Shown: in pieces, positions 23,790-35,738 of the stretch
Position numbering within the stretch: position 1 is the stretch's first letter
How the letters are laid out: every line of letters begins with the position of its first letter
Source of the DNA: Mobula hypostoma
Lineage: Eukaryota
Reading direction: 5' to 3'
Assembly (NCBI RefSeq): GCF_963921235.1
Contig: NC_086107.1
Span: 104,532,001-104,596,000 of the forward strand
Length of the DNA: 64,000 nt
The notes under the pieces: model-generated
Told to the model about the DNA's origin: nothing
Databases searched by the model: none
The model's input: the letters and a program-made list of their open reading frames with translations, nothing else
Made by a program: the position numbers and the translations under genes

Positions 23790-24305
23790 GGCTAGAGTTA
23801 CATTGCAACTTTTAAAGATGCGGTTAGGCCGCATCTGGAGTAGTGCATCCAGTTCTGGGCACCCCACTGTAGGAAAGATGTTGAGGCTTTGGAGAGGGTG
23901 CAGAAGGGCCGCCACCTGGTTCACAGAGCATGGTTCATGAGAGGCTGGACAACTTCGGTTGTTTTCCCTGGAGCACAGGAGGCCGAGGTGAGATCTGACT
24001 GAGGTTTATAAGATTGAGAGACATAGACGGACATCCAGTATCTTTTTCCCCAGGGTAGAAATGTCAGATACTAGAGGGCATGCACTGAAGGTGAGAAGGG
24101 GGTACGTTCAGAGGGGATGTGAGGGGTAAATTATTCACTCACTAGTGCAGAGGCAAATACATTAGAGGCTTTTAATAGGCATATGGAGGGATAGGGACAT
24201 TGTGTAGGTAGAAGGGATGAGTTTTTAGGGTTTTTGATATACTTTCAGCTGGTTCAGCACAACACTGTGGGCCAAAGGACCTGTTCCTGTGCTGTACTGT
24301 TCTAT
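23790..24305 (+). mobile_element. CR1 3' fragment in DHDH intron 2
   Basis: RPHLE..IQFW..; CR1 3'UTR. Confidence 0.75.
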
Positions 24306-24885
24306 CTTTGAGATACGAAGCTTGCTTAGTGGCCCTGCCCATGCAATGTTAGCATTCATTTCAGGGGGACTAGAAGCCAGAACATTGACAAAGCGAGGAT
24401 GAAGAAACTGACCCATGCACATTGGAAATGTGTATGATCAATCACCATATCTTGATGGGTAGTTGGGGGCCCACAAGTGCGGCAGCTTTTTGACAGACGA
24501 CATAGTGCGCCGGTGGTGGAAGAGACACTTGCAGGCTGGCGGAAGGGGTGCCAGTGACAATTTGTCCTGGGTGGTGTTGAGTTTCTGGAGCCGGGGTTCC
24601 CAACCACTACTACGAACCAAGGGGTCTGTAGACCCCAGGATGGGAACTCCTGATCTAGTGTTGAGCTTCACCCATTTAGGCAGACAGATGTTGCATCTTC
24701 AATATAAAATAACCAGTGGGCAGACCTCATCCATGGGACTTCTACAGGCCTTGCCACTTGAAACTGCAGCCATTGGGACATTCTATATTGGTGTTCATGC
24801 TCAGGTAGAATAACTTTAGCCTGTGGATCGGGAGGAAAAGTGGTTTTATCCCCCACAAAGTAACAATGAATTGATTAACTAACAG

Positions 24886-25049
24886 ATGTTGTCTACGTGG
24901 GGACCATTAACACGCAGCACCTGGACATGACTTTGCTCATGCTTCAGGCAGGGAAGAATGTGCTCTGTGAGAAGCCCATGGCCATGAATCTGAGAGACGT
25001 TCAAAAGCTGGTGTGTACGGCCCGAGCCTGCAACTGCTTCCTCATGGAG
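24886..25049 (+). CDS. DHDH: DHDH exon 3
   Basis: acceptor ctaacag; DVVYVGTINTQH...GKNVLCEKPMA...FLME (CEKP motif); donor GAG|GTGAGT; 164 nt, phase matches exon 2. Confidence 0.95.
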
Positions 25050-25309
25050 GTGAGTGCACTTCACGACAGTAACTGCTGATGTGAACAGACTGTATGGAGC
25101 TGGAAATTAAATTATTTCCTATTTCAGTTAGCGAGTGTCGGACATATGTGAAGAAAAAGTGATACTATAATCTCCCAATAAACATTCCCAGCAGCAAAGT
25201 TAGATAATTATAGTCCCCTCCACACTGTCTAAATATAAGAAAGTTCAAAGTAGCAAGACACAAAATGCTGGAGGAACTCAGCAGGCCAGGCAGCATTTTG
25301 TGTCTGTTG

Positions 25310-26410
25310 CTCAGAAGGACTTTGACAAGGTGCCACACATGAGGCTGCTTACCAAGTTAAGAGTTCATGGTATTACAGGGAAGTTACTAACACTGTTAGA
25401 GGATTGGCTGATTGGAAGGAGGCAGTGAGTAGGAGTAATAGGATCCTTGTCTGGTTGGCTGCCAGTGACTAGTGGTGTTCCGCAGGGATAGGTGTTGGGA
25501 ACACTTAAATGATTTGGAAGATGGAATAGATGGCTTTGTTGCCAAGTTTGCAGATGATACGAAGACTGGTGGAGAGGCAGGTACTGTTGAGGAAACAGAT
25601 AAGATGCAGAAGGACTTAGATTAGGAGAATAGACAAGTGGTAAATGAAATATGTTGGAAAATGCATGGTCATGCACTTTGGTAGTAGAAATAAACACGTG
25701 GACTATTTTCTAAACGGGGAGAAATTCCAGGAATCTGAGATGCAGAGGGATTTGGGAGTCCTTGTGCAGAACACCCTGAAGGTTAACTTGCAGGTTGAGG
25801 TAGTGGTGAGGAAGGTAAATGCTATGTTAGCATTCAATTCAAGAGGTCTAGAATACAAGAGCAAGGATGTGAAGCTGAGGCACTGATGAGGCCTCACCTT
25901 GAGTATTGTGAACAGTTTGGGGCCCCTCATCTTAGAAAAGATGTGCTGGGCATTGGAGAGGGTTCACAAGGATGATTCAGGAATGAAAGAGTTATCATAC
26001 GAGGAATGTTTGGCTCTGGGTCCGTACTTGCTGGAATTCAGAAGGATGAGGGGGGATCTCACTGAAACCTTTCGAATGTTGAAAGGCCTAGACAGTAGAT
26101 GTGGAAGATGGCAGGAGAGTCTAGGACAAGAGGGCACAGCCTCAGGATAGAGGGATGCCATCTCAAAACAGATGCAGAGATAATTCTTTAGCCAAAGGGT
26201 GGTGAATTTGTTGCCACATGCAGCTGTAGAGACCAGGTCATTAAGGCAGAGATTGTTAAGTTCTTGATTGGACATGGCATCAAAGGTTACAGGGAGAAAG
26301 CTGAGAACTGGGGTTGAGATGATAGAAAAAAGGATCAGCCATGATTGAATGGCGCAGCAGACTCGATGGGCCAGATGGCCGAATTCTGCTCCTTCGTCAT
26401 ATGGTCTTAT
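25310..26410 (+). mobile_element. CR1 RT and 3' fragment in DHDH intron 3
   Basis: FDKVPH, KFADDTK, KCMVMHFG, QRDLGVLV, RRMRGDL; many indels. Confidence 0.85.
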
Positions 26411-27147
26411 ATCCAGCATCTGCAGATTTTCTCGTTTGTGAAAGTCCAAAGTGGATTTATTATCAATGTTTACATATAACTTTGAGACCCATCTCTATAC
26501 AAGCAACCACAAAACGAAAAACTAAATAAACCCATTTAAAAAAAAACAAATTGTGCAAGCAAAAAACTTAGAACTGATGTTCACAAACATCGAGTCCACA
26601 GCCTCTCTCAGAACCAGTTACAGGCCACAGTTCAGAGACGAGTAAAGCTCACCAACTGTTCTGTCCCTCTCTTTTGGCCCTGACACTCTGACCTTCTCAA
26701 TCTCATCTGGTGCTTAAATTGTTCAATCCTCGGGTTGTTCCTCACCCTCAGACCAAGGCCCTACTGATTCAATATGCCTTCAGCCTCACTCTCTGGCCCA
26801 AGCACTGCCACCTCACCTCAGTTACATATTAAAGCTCCCTCAACAGTAGTAAAACTATTTATGCCAAGCTCTGCCTTTGCAACAGTCCTTTCATCATCCC
26901 AAATTGTGTTTAATATACATCTGCTTTGAACATAATATCCCAGAATGTTGCAAACTCCAAAGTGTCATCTTGGGATCCAAGAGGACTATGTACCCAAGGC
27001 ACCTGACACTGTAGCTTTGGGCTCTAACTACACATTAAAATTTTAAGCAAACAATTTTACTGACTAAATTAAGATCACATTTATATATTTAAAAAAGCAA
27101 CACATTGTGTAGGCCCTGGTCCTTTGACTTGTCAATTGTGCTTACAG

Positions 27148-27400
27148 GGTCTTTGGTCAAGGTTCTTCCCCGTCTACGACAAGATTCGAAGTCTACTATC
27201 TCGGAATCATGTGGGGGAGGTTAAAATGGTGAGAGCTGAATTTGGCACGTGGATGCTGGAGACACCACGAGTGGTGGAGAAAGAGCTGGGTGGAGGAGTA
27301 CTCCTGGATATTGGCTGCTACTGTGTACAGTTTGCCTGCATGGTTTTCAATGGTGAGAAGCCAGATTCCATTCATGCTACAGGATTCCTCACAGAGAAAG
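27148..27400 (+). CDS. DHDH: DHDH exon 4
   Basis: acceptor cttacag; GLWSRFFP...ELGGGVLLDIGCY...GFLTEK; ends at non-canonical donor AAG|GCAAGT; 253 nt. Confidence 0.92.
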
Positions 27401-27555
27401 GCAAGTGTGAACCATTCTACGAGAGACAGTCCTACACCCATCACTTCAGAAAGCCTCTACAAATGCCCCTTTCCTCATGATTCCTTGCTCTCCAGTGAAC
27501 TATCTCAAGTTCATCCATCCAATAAAGGGCCACCTTTCCTCTTGTATTACTGCAG

Positions 27556-27680
27556 GTATTGATGAAACAGTGACCATCGTACTGAAGTACTCCAGGAAAC
27601 GCATGGCTATATTAACTGTAACCATGGCAACACAGCTTCCTAACCAGGCAGTTATCAGTGGTACCAAGGGCATAATCACG
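27556..27680 (+). CDS. DHDH: DHDH exon 5
   Basis: acceptor ctgcag; GIDETVTIVLKYS...AVISGTKGIIT; donor ACG|GTAATT; 125 nt. Confidence 0.93.
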
Positions 27681-27779
27681 GTAATTCTTTGCTCTTACCT
27701 TGCTTTCGATGATAGATCTGTGGTATTTTTACCCAATAGAGCCAGACAGCAGCCACTGTTGAGGTTTGACGTCCTTTCC

Positions 27780-28210
27780 TGCAGCCACCCTCAGCTCTAA
27801 TCTGCTAATTAAACTTGCCGATGACACTACATTGATTAGCCTTATCTCAAACAATAACAAGGTGGCCTACAGGGAAGAAGTCATCTCTGACACAGTGTCA
27901 AGAAAACAACCTCTCCCTCAATGTCACAAAAACAAGGAAGCTGGTTGTGGATTACAGGAGGAATGGAGACGGGCTAACCCCTATTGACATCAATGGATCT
28001 GGGGTCGAGAGGGTAAACAGCTTTAAGCTCCTCGGCATCCACATCACTAAGGACCTCACGTGGTCTGTACCCAACTGTGTGGTGAAAAAGGCACAGCAGC
28101 GCCTCTTTCACCTCAGACAGCTGAGGAAATTTGGTATGGGCCCCCAAATCCTAAGAACTTTCTACAGGGGCACAGTTGAGAGCATCCTGACTGGCTGTAT
28201 CACTGCCATT
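27780..28210 (+). mobile_element. Rex/Babar-type LINE RT fragment in DHDH intron 5
   Basis: LIKLADDTTLISLI, VERVNSFKLLG, KKAQQRLFHLRQL, VESILTGCITA. Confidence 0.8.
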
Positions 28211-28910
28211 CACTATCTTATTAGACCTCACAAAATACATTACTTCACACCAGTCAGTCATGTATAAAACTCCACAATGAACAGTCCCAAGCACAGCTGT
28301 GGAAGGAGGGTTGGAGGCTGGGCAGGGGGATAGCAACCGCATTCTGTAAAAACCCAGTGCTACAGAAACACCAGCAGAAGCTCTGAATACCACCACTCTG
28401 GGACAGAGGACTTTCGCAAGTTACTGTTGCCCCAGTAGGGGTGATGGGCTAAAGAATTGGGTTCCATTTACCATTGTCCTTCTCAGCTTGCTGCTCATTA
28501 TTCTGTAGTCCAACATGCTATCAACAAAACCAATTTTCATTGTTACGTCCTGTCGATACCAGCAGGGTCACTGGCTTCCAGTCATTAAAGTAACCCTCAT
28601 CCTCTTTGTCCCACTGCCAAACCAATATTGATCCCATTTGGCGACTTGTCTTGAATTTCTCCTAGGTTCTCATCTTTTGAATCAGCCTTCCAGTGTGGAC
28701 CTTGTCAAAGATCTTACTGAATCCATGCAAGCTACATCAATACCTTGCGCTCATTAATATATTTAGTTGCCTCTTAAAATCATACAGGCGCTCTCCCCAA
28801 CAAATGGTGCACTGACCAATCCTGCCTTTCCAACTTGATGTATTCTCCAAGAGAACATGATTGTTACACTATTCAAGCTGTATTCTGCTCAATGACATGT
28901 TTGTTCCAAG

Positions 28911-29061
28911 GTGCCAAGCCACATGTGGTGCCCCACAAGTCTCACGGTCAACGGAGTCATAGAGGAGTTCCCATTGCAAACTCCATCTCAGCCCCTCAAC
29001 TTCACCAACAGTATTGGTCTAAGGTACGAGGCGGAGGAAGTACGGCGGTGCCTTCAGAAAG
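28911..29061 (+). CDS. DHDH: DHDH exon 6
   Basis: acceptor ttgttccaag; VPSHMWCPTSL...LNFTNSIGLRYEAEEVRRCLQK; donor G|GTAAAG; 151 nt. Confidence 0.93.
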
Positions 29062-29389
29062 GTAAAGTAGCACATGCAAATACCACTTACCAGTTCCATG
29101 TAATATTCTACCCATCCTTCAGGATACCTAGTGAAACTAACTGCTGTAATGGGGAGGGGTATATTTATGGTCTGCCTGTCAGATCACCACTCCGGTGGTT
29201 TGATGGTAACAGTGGGGAGTGGGGTAGGATAACAAATCAATGTTATACCATTGGGAGCATTATCCATTGTCACTGAACACCCGACTGAGATAGCATTTGT
29301 TTTTGGCTGCAATCAGTGCTCCCTCTGGCTCACAGGAAGGAACATGAGTGCTATTTTGAAAGCAAGTTTTTCTGTTATTTCACTTGCAG

Positions 29390-29487
29390 GACTGAAGGAA
29401 TGTTCCCAGGTGACACTGGCTGACAGTGAGCTGATGATGAGCATTTTGGATGAGGTTCGAAAGCAGCTTGGGGTGGAATACAGTTGA
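29390..29487 (+). CDS. DHDH: DHDH exon 7 (terminal)
   Basis: acceptor cacttgcag; GLKECSQVTLADSELMMSILDEVRKQLGVEYS*; total spliced CDS 993 nt = 330 aa. Confidence 0.93.
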
Positions 29488-29666
29488 GATGCAGCTTGAA
29501 AATAAGAACCCTGACACCAGTGCCATTACAGAGCCACGTTTGAGTCAAACTGCACAGGAACCAGTGTTTGCACATGTGCACACTTGCATCCATTACATAA
29601 TTTTTTTTTTGTCTTGAAATAGGCAACCAGATTGGAAAGATAGTGTGATATAATCAAATTCAACGC

Positions 29667-29672
29667 AATAAA
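29667..29672 (+). terminator. putative DHDH polyadenylation signal
   Basis: AATAAA about 180 nt after the stop codon. Confidence 0.65.
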
Positions 29673-29833
29673 CTGTGCACCTGACATCTGAATATTGAGT
29701 CAATTCAATTGCCAACCCTATATTCCACAAGTAGCTCAGTTAATCTGGGGCCAGTCCCTCACATTTCCCCAACACTAGCAGAATCTGTGGTTCAGTGAAA
29801 TGCTGGCACCAAGTGACATATTTTCACAAAGAC

Positions 29834-29839
29834 TTTATT
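29834..29839 (-). terminator. putative RPS11 polyadenylation signal
   Basis: AATAAA on - strand about 30 nt after the RPS11 stop; a short 3'UTR is typical of ribosomal protein mRNAs. Confidence 0.8.
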
Positions 29840-29866
29840 GTAGATGATTTACATTACAACTACCCT

Positions 29867-29990
29867 TCAAAATTTCTGGAACTGTTTCTTGGCTCCTGCA
29901 GCCTTGGTGACTTTGAGGACGTTGAAACGCACGGTCTTACTGAGGGGTCGGCACTCTCCAACAGTCACACTGTCTCCATTCTGCACATCC
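29867..29990 (-). CDS. RPS11: 40S ribosomal protein S11 (uS17) exon 5 (terminal)
   Basis: acceptor ctgttccag; [40 protein letters not shown]; 124 nt. Confidence 0.97.
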
Positions 29991-30460
29991 CTGGAACAGG
30001 TGACACAGCAATTAGAGTAGAGCAAATCTGCCCTGTTTGACAATACAAAAGCTCAGTGCCAGAATCAAATACCCACCCATGAAAGAAATACCACTGTAGA
30101 AGAGCAGGTGGAGGTACCGGGCCACTTGCTTGGCCATAATCTCACACCAGTAGGATCACCGGAGTAGCTAAGGTATCACATCCCAACCCATGCAAACTCC
30201 ATTTCCCCAAAAGCTGCCAACTTCCAGATTTATACCACCACCTGTGGTGCCAGCAAAAGATTTTTAATCAGCTCCCACACTACCAAGTTTACATGGCTTC
30301 CTGATAGAACACTGAGCATGGGGGCTAAGAGAGAAAACGAAGGCAGTTGAGTTTGAGCTGATGGACCCTTTGGGTGACTGCACAGCAACTTGTGGTCGGT
30401 TAAAAACCAGCTGATACTAACATTCTTCTATGGTCTGTGAAATTAACAAGATTCCTCTCA

Positions 30461-30835
<375 letters not shown>

Positions 30836-31426
30836 TTACAGAATCATACCACGTACCCAGAACCCAAGAGTAGTGACTGACACAGGTGATACAAGCCAAA
30901 ATTGCAAGACCAGAATTAGTTTGTACAACCTGTCAGTTTCAGACTTTTCTTTCCCAACCCAATGATGGAAAGAACAAAATTCCACTAAACAATCACCCTA
31001 GCTCTTCTCCACTAACATCAACCATTATTTATAATGCTGCAAAGTTGGATGAGATTTCACAAAAGAACTTTGAAACGCAAATATTCCAGAAAACATTCCC
31101 CACAATAGAAATACAAACCAATATGAAGAATACATTTGCACAGCACTTTTATATTTGTCCTTATTTGTATCCCACATTGTAACACCCAGCATCAGTGTGG
31201 GTCACAAGTGTAATCACCAAACCAGCAACTTCAACCAATCTGACCATTTCAAGCAGTCTCCTACCACAGCACAGTATCTACACGGTAAATCTTCCCAGAT
31301 ACAAGCAATAATTCAGATCCCACAGTGAAGGACTGAAAGATGATCACCAAATAACTTCCCACACAAACCTCCTATTCCAATTGTCCTACTACAGGGCTTG
31401 CACGGTAGCATCTCATACACCCACTA

Positions 31427-31549
<123 letters not shown>

Positions 31550-32960
31550 CTAGGAACAAAAGGTCACACATTACACAACTGGGTGATGTTGTTATGAAGT
31601 GAGTGTGTTAGGGAATCATAAACACAAGAGATTCTGTTATACAGATGCTTTAGAGCAACACAAAATGCTCAGCACGTCAGGCAGCATCTATGGAGAGGAA
31701 TAACAAGGGAATCAGATGCTAATTTGTTCCTCCAATATTTTGTAGCTTATGTTAAGATACATACTACCACTATCTATCCTTGCCTCTCATACACCTCTAT
31801 CAAGTTACTGGTCATCCTGCTACACTCCAAAGATAAAAGCTCTTGCTCACTCAATCTTTCCCCTTAAGACATGCGTTCTTATCCAGACATCATCCTGATA
31901 AATCTCAGTGCCATCTCCAAAGCTTTTGTGTGTTTCCTATAAAGAGACCAAAACTGAATTCAATACTCCAGGTCTGGTTTAACCAGAGCACCACCAACCT
32001 AAACACTATCTGCACAAGAGGAGCAGGTCTTGTGGCTCTTCATGACTTGTCATTTGATGAGATGATGGCTGGTGTTTTAATTTACCGCTGTTTTGTGCAG
32101 TTCTATGTTTGGCAGAATATATGCTTAGTTCAAGTCATGATGTTTACTCAAAGCTTATTGAAGGACTATAACTTTTGGACCAGAACTGTATCTAAAATTT
32201 ATGCAGTAATATATTAATGAATAGGATGAAGGCACCAAAGACACGAATGCCAAATTTGTTAATACATAGGTAGGAAAGCACACAACAAGTATATAGATAA
32301 AGTGATGGGTTAAATAGAAAGATAAAAGAACTGCTAAGTAGAGTCAAAATTAGTGGGTAGTGGCAGCAGGGCTCGAAGAGCCAAAAGGGCCTATTCCACA
32401 CTGGATCATTAAATAAAAATAAAAACTAAGTAACAAAAAGTTTGTTACAAAACTTTAGAAGTAAATGGCAAAAGATGAACTCCAGGCTGCAGATGCATCT
32501 AGATTTGCAAAAGGCTGGTATGCAAATTACTACATAAAGTTAAAAAAGATACTACTTATTGAGAGGAATTGAACAAAAGAGTAGCAAGAATATTCTTCAG
32601 TTATACAGAAAATTAGTGAAGTCACATTTAGATCACTGTCTTTGAAACTCTTTCAAAGGACGGATGACATAATCTTTGAATATTTAAGCCGTAGAGATTT
32701 TTGATAGCAAGGGCTAAGAGATGTTGCAATTACAGTCAGGTCACCCAGCAATGTACTTGATGGCGAAACATGCATCTCACCCCTCTCTCCATCATGTTAT
32801 AAATGAGGGGATGCACTTTCTCGAAACAGACATCCCGGCTTTTAGATTTCAGTTTTAAAGACACAAGCAGGTTTAAAGCAACGAGATCCAGGTTTCTGAA
32901 GGGTGGATCTAGGCTCAGAGCGCTGCCCCGGATTCTTTGAGTAAGAGAGTGCAGAGAGGC

Positions 32961-33040
32961 GCATCAGTGAAGCCATTAGGCAGTGTCTTCAGCATCCCGG
33001 AGAGATTCGGAAGACCATCGTGAGAATGACCATCATTTGC
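32961..33040 (-). ncRNA. SNORD35: box C/D snoRNA U35 (SNORD35) in RPS11 intron 2
   Basis: Minus strand GCAA-ATGATG (box C)...TCTCACGATGGTCTT (U35 guide, complementary to 28S rRNA AGACCGTCGTGAGA)-CCGA (D')...CTGA (box D)-TGC, with terminal stem; RPS11 is a known U35 host gene. Confidence 0.9.
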
Positions 33041-33124
33041 AGCCCGGCACCTCAGCTTTAGCCTCTCCCGATCCTCCCCCCTTCCCCCCGCCCAAAAACA
33101 GAGCCACAAGCCCAGGGTGCTCAC

Positions 33125-33256
33125 CTCCCGCGGGGTCTTGAAGCCTAGGCCCACATTGCGGTGGTAGCGCGGCAGCTTCTCCTTGGCGCCCTCAGCCGCT
33201 AACACGCGCTTCTTATTCTGGAAGACGGTCGGTTGCTTCTGGTAGGCGCGCTCAGT
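33125..33256 (-). CDS. RPS11: RPS11 exon 2
   Basis: [44 protein letters not shown]; acceptor cttcacag, donor GAG|GTGAG; 132 nt. Confidence 0.97.
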
Positions 33257-33507
33257 CTGTGAAGGGAGGCAAAAGGCAGCGGTTACGGCCCCGGCACCCG
33301 GTCTCGGAACACCCTGACGGCGCGGCCCCGGACGCCGGCGCGCTCCCACGCTCTCTCGGGCCACGCTTTCTCTCCCAGTAGCAAACCTGCCCTCACGGCT
33401 TCAACCCCCAGGACTGTCTAGCCTCACACCCGCTACCCCCGGGGGGGTCTCCGATCGCCAATGCCTCTCCCCCGGGCCAGGCCTCCAGTCCGGCCGCCCT
33501 CCGGTAC

Positions 33508-33522
33508 CTGGTTGTCCGCCAT
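33508..33522 (-). CDS. RPS11: RPS11 exon 1 coding part
   Basis: ATG GCG GAC AAC CAG|GTACC (MADNQ); total CDS 477 nt = 158 aa. Confidence 0.93.
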
Positions 33523-33740
33523 CTCGAGCGCCGGACGCTGACGAAAGAGAGCTAGGGATGGCCACGGGGTCGCTTAAGCACCAGCGCACGGAAGGAAGTG
33601 ACGCCGAGCTTGGGCGGAAGTGAAGCCGGTGGAACTGTTCGATCGAGAAAAGCAAAGCGCGATCGCGGGGTGCCATGTCTCCATCACTGGGGCATGCTGG
33701 GCGATCTGCAGTGACGTTGAAGACGGAGAGCCAATGAAAG
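33514..33740 (-). promoter_or_regulatory. RPS11 CpG-island promoter: 5'TOP initiator, ETS/GABP sites, YY1 site
   Basis: CTCTCTTTC pyrimidine tract (33543-33551, - strand); GGAAGTGACG (33594-33603) and CGGAAGTG (33615-33622); GATGGCGG over the start codon; CCAAT near 33731; CpG-rich about 32900-33780. Confidence 0.8.
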
Positions 33741-34529
33741 CCCGCGTTCTTGACGGATGGCAATAATGGCGAAGTTGAGATAGTTGCTTTTAAAGTCTCT
33801 CCCTGAGTAAGTTAACTGACAATTTGGTAGTTAAACAGCCATGAGAATTTGGGTACAATTCCGAAAATACTTTGCCTTATTGAGATTTTCTCTTTCAAGT
33901 CCCATTTTTCCAATTATGTTTAAATCCTCTATGATAGATGTGGAGACATCCCAGCCTGCAAAAACTCATTTCAGGGAGGTAGCACCGCCCCCCTGTCGAC
34001 CTGCAAGCGTGTATGTAATACTTTGTTTAGTGATTTTGTCTAATCTGTAAACCAAGTTGGGTATGTGCAGAAAATGTGACATTAAAATAGGTACTTATAT
34101 TATCATGTTTATTCTATTACAACTTTAAGCAAGTCTACAGGGAGTTTGGCCTCATCACGTAGGACATCAATAGAGTAGCTCCTTAGCAGCTAGCTTAAAT
34201 AACGTTTGCCACGTTAATGAACGAATGACTCCTGTTAAACTTACCTCAACATGTCGTTTACGTTTTAACCCACCATGGGCAATAGAAAAGTCACTGTTGC
34301 AAACAGTGCAGCGAGCAACACTGTCATTATTTTTGAGGTCGACTATAAAGCCGGCCCACAGAGAAAACTGTTAGGTCTACTTAGTACGAAGAGAGACCAA
34401 TCAAGATGCTCGCTCTCCGTCTCCCTCTCAAAAAAATCAATTTCCGGGATATTGTATATAGTTTCCGGGCATCAGGGAGCCGCTATCAATATGCAGGAGA
34501 CTCCCGGAACTTCCAGGAGAGGTGGGATA

Positions 34530-35636
34530 GATTAGGTATTAAATGCTTCCAGGACTTGTTTGTGGAGGGAAGTCTTTCGTTTGAGCAACTGTCAGCTAAA
34601 TATAGCTTACCCAAAACTCACTTTTTTCGGTACCTACAAATAAGAGACTTTTTATGGTTTCAAATATGTACATTTCCTAAAAGTCCTGATAAGAATCTAC
34701 TAGATGTAATTTTTAATTTGAAACCTTTGTATAATGGATCTGTATCTAATAATTATAATATGTTGCTGGGAATGAGAAGTATTCCTTTAGATAAAATTCA
34801 AAATCTTTGGGAACAAGACTTACAGACTTCAATTTCTGAGGAAACTTGGAATGAAATTTTTAAATTGGTTAACACTTCATCGTTATGCACTCACCACTCT
34901 CTCCTACAATTTAAAGTGGTGCATAGGGCCCACATGACCAAGGATAAGTTGTCTCGCTTTTATTTGGATATATCTCCTTATTGTGATAAATGTAATAATG
35001 GAGAAGCTTCACTCATTCGTATGTTTTGGACATTCCTGAGTCTTGAAATATATTGGAAAGAAGTATTTCAAATCTCCTCGGTACTTTTTAAAGTAAATTT
35101 TAAGCCTAATCCTTTGACCGCTTTATTTGGTATTGTTGGAGGAAAGGGTATTATTTTGGAGAAATCTGATTTGTACATTTTGGCTTTATTTCTCATATGG
35201 CTAGGAGGGCGCTCTTGCTTAAATGGAAAGATGCGGTCCCGCCCACTCACGTTCAATGGCTGCGTGATGTGATGTCATGTTTAAATTTAGAGAAGATTCG
35301 GTTTACAATTTCTGAATCTAATCAAGACTTTCAAACATTGTGGGGACCTTTTTTGAATTATTTTCAAAACCTCTGATTTGTTGTTAAAGCACAGATGATG
35401 GCTAATAATATACATTTTTTCTTTTCTCTACTAATCAGCTTTGGTCTTGGTAGTGGGTTAGATTTTTTTCATATAATAAATTTACTGTATTTCAATATTA
35501 TGAATTAATCAATTTGTATGAATATAAAGTAAGGAGTTTGTATGTGCGATTCAGTATAATGTATTTGATATATTTCTTCTTTCTTGAGCTCTGTATTCTC
35601 CTACGTAGAAAATTAATTAAAATATTGAAAAAAAAA
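34530..35636 (+). mobile_element. L1/Tx1-clade LINE 3' end
   Basis: HFFRYLQIRDF, QFKVVHRAH, CDKC..RMFW zf-RVT-like region; T-rich 3'UTR and A tail at about 35628-35636. Confidence 0.85.
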
Positions 35637-35738
35637 GTCTCTGGCTAGTAGGATTATCATTCAGCAAGTGCAAAGGAGACAAGACTTCAATATTCGGGTT
35701 TCTGAGATTGAGAGACCCTGTTATTTTAAAATATTGTG

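Noticed and set aside
31189-31260. second U35 copy in RPS11 intron 3
   Set aside because: Only a CTGATGC box D-like end; no guide sequence or box C found
34406-35272. 288-aa ORF as a gene sharing the RPS11 promoter
   Set aside because: L1/Tx1 ORF2 C-terminal fragment fused by chance to upstream repeat sequence
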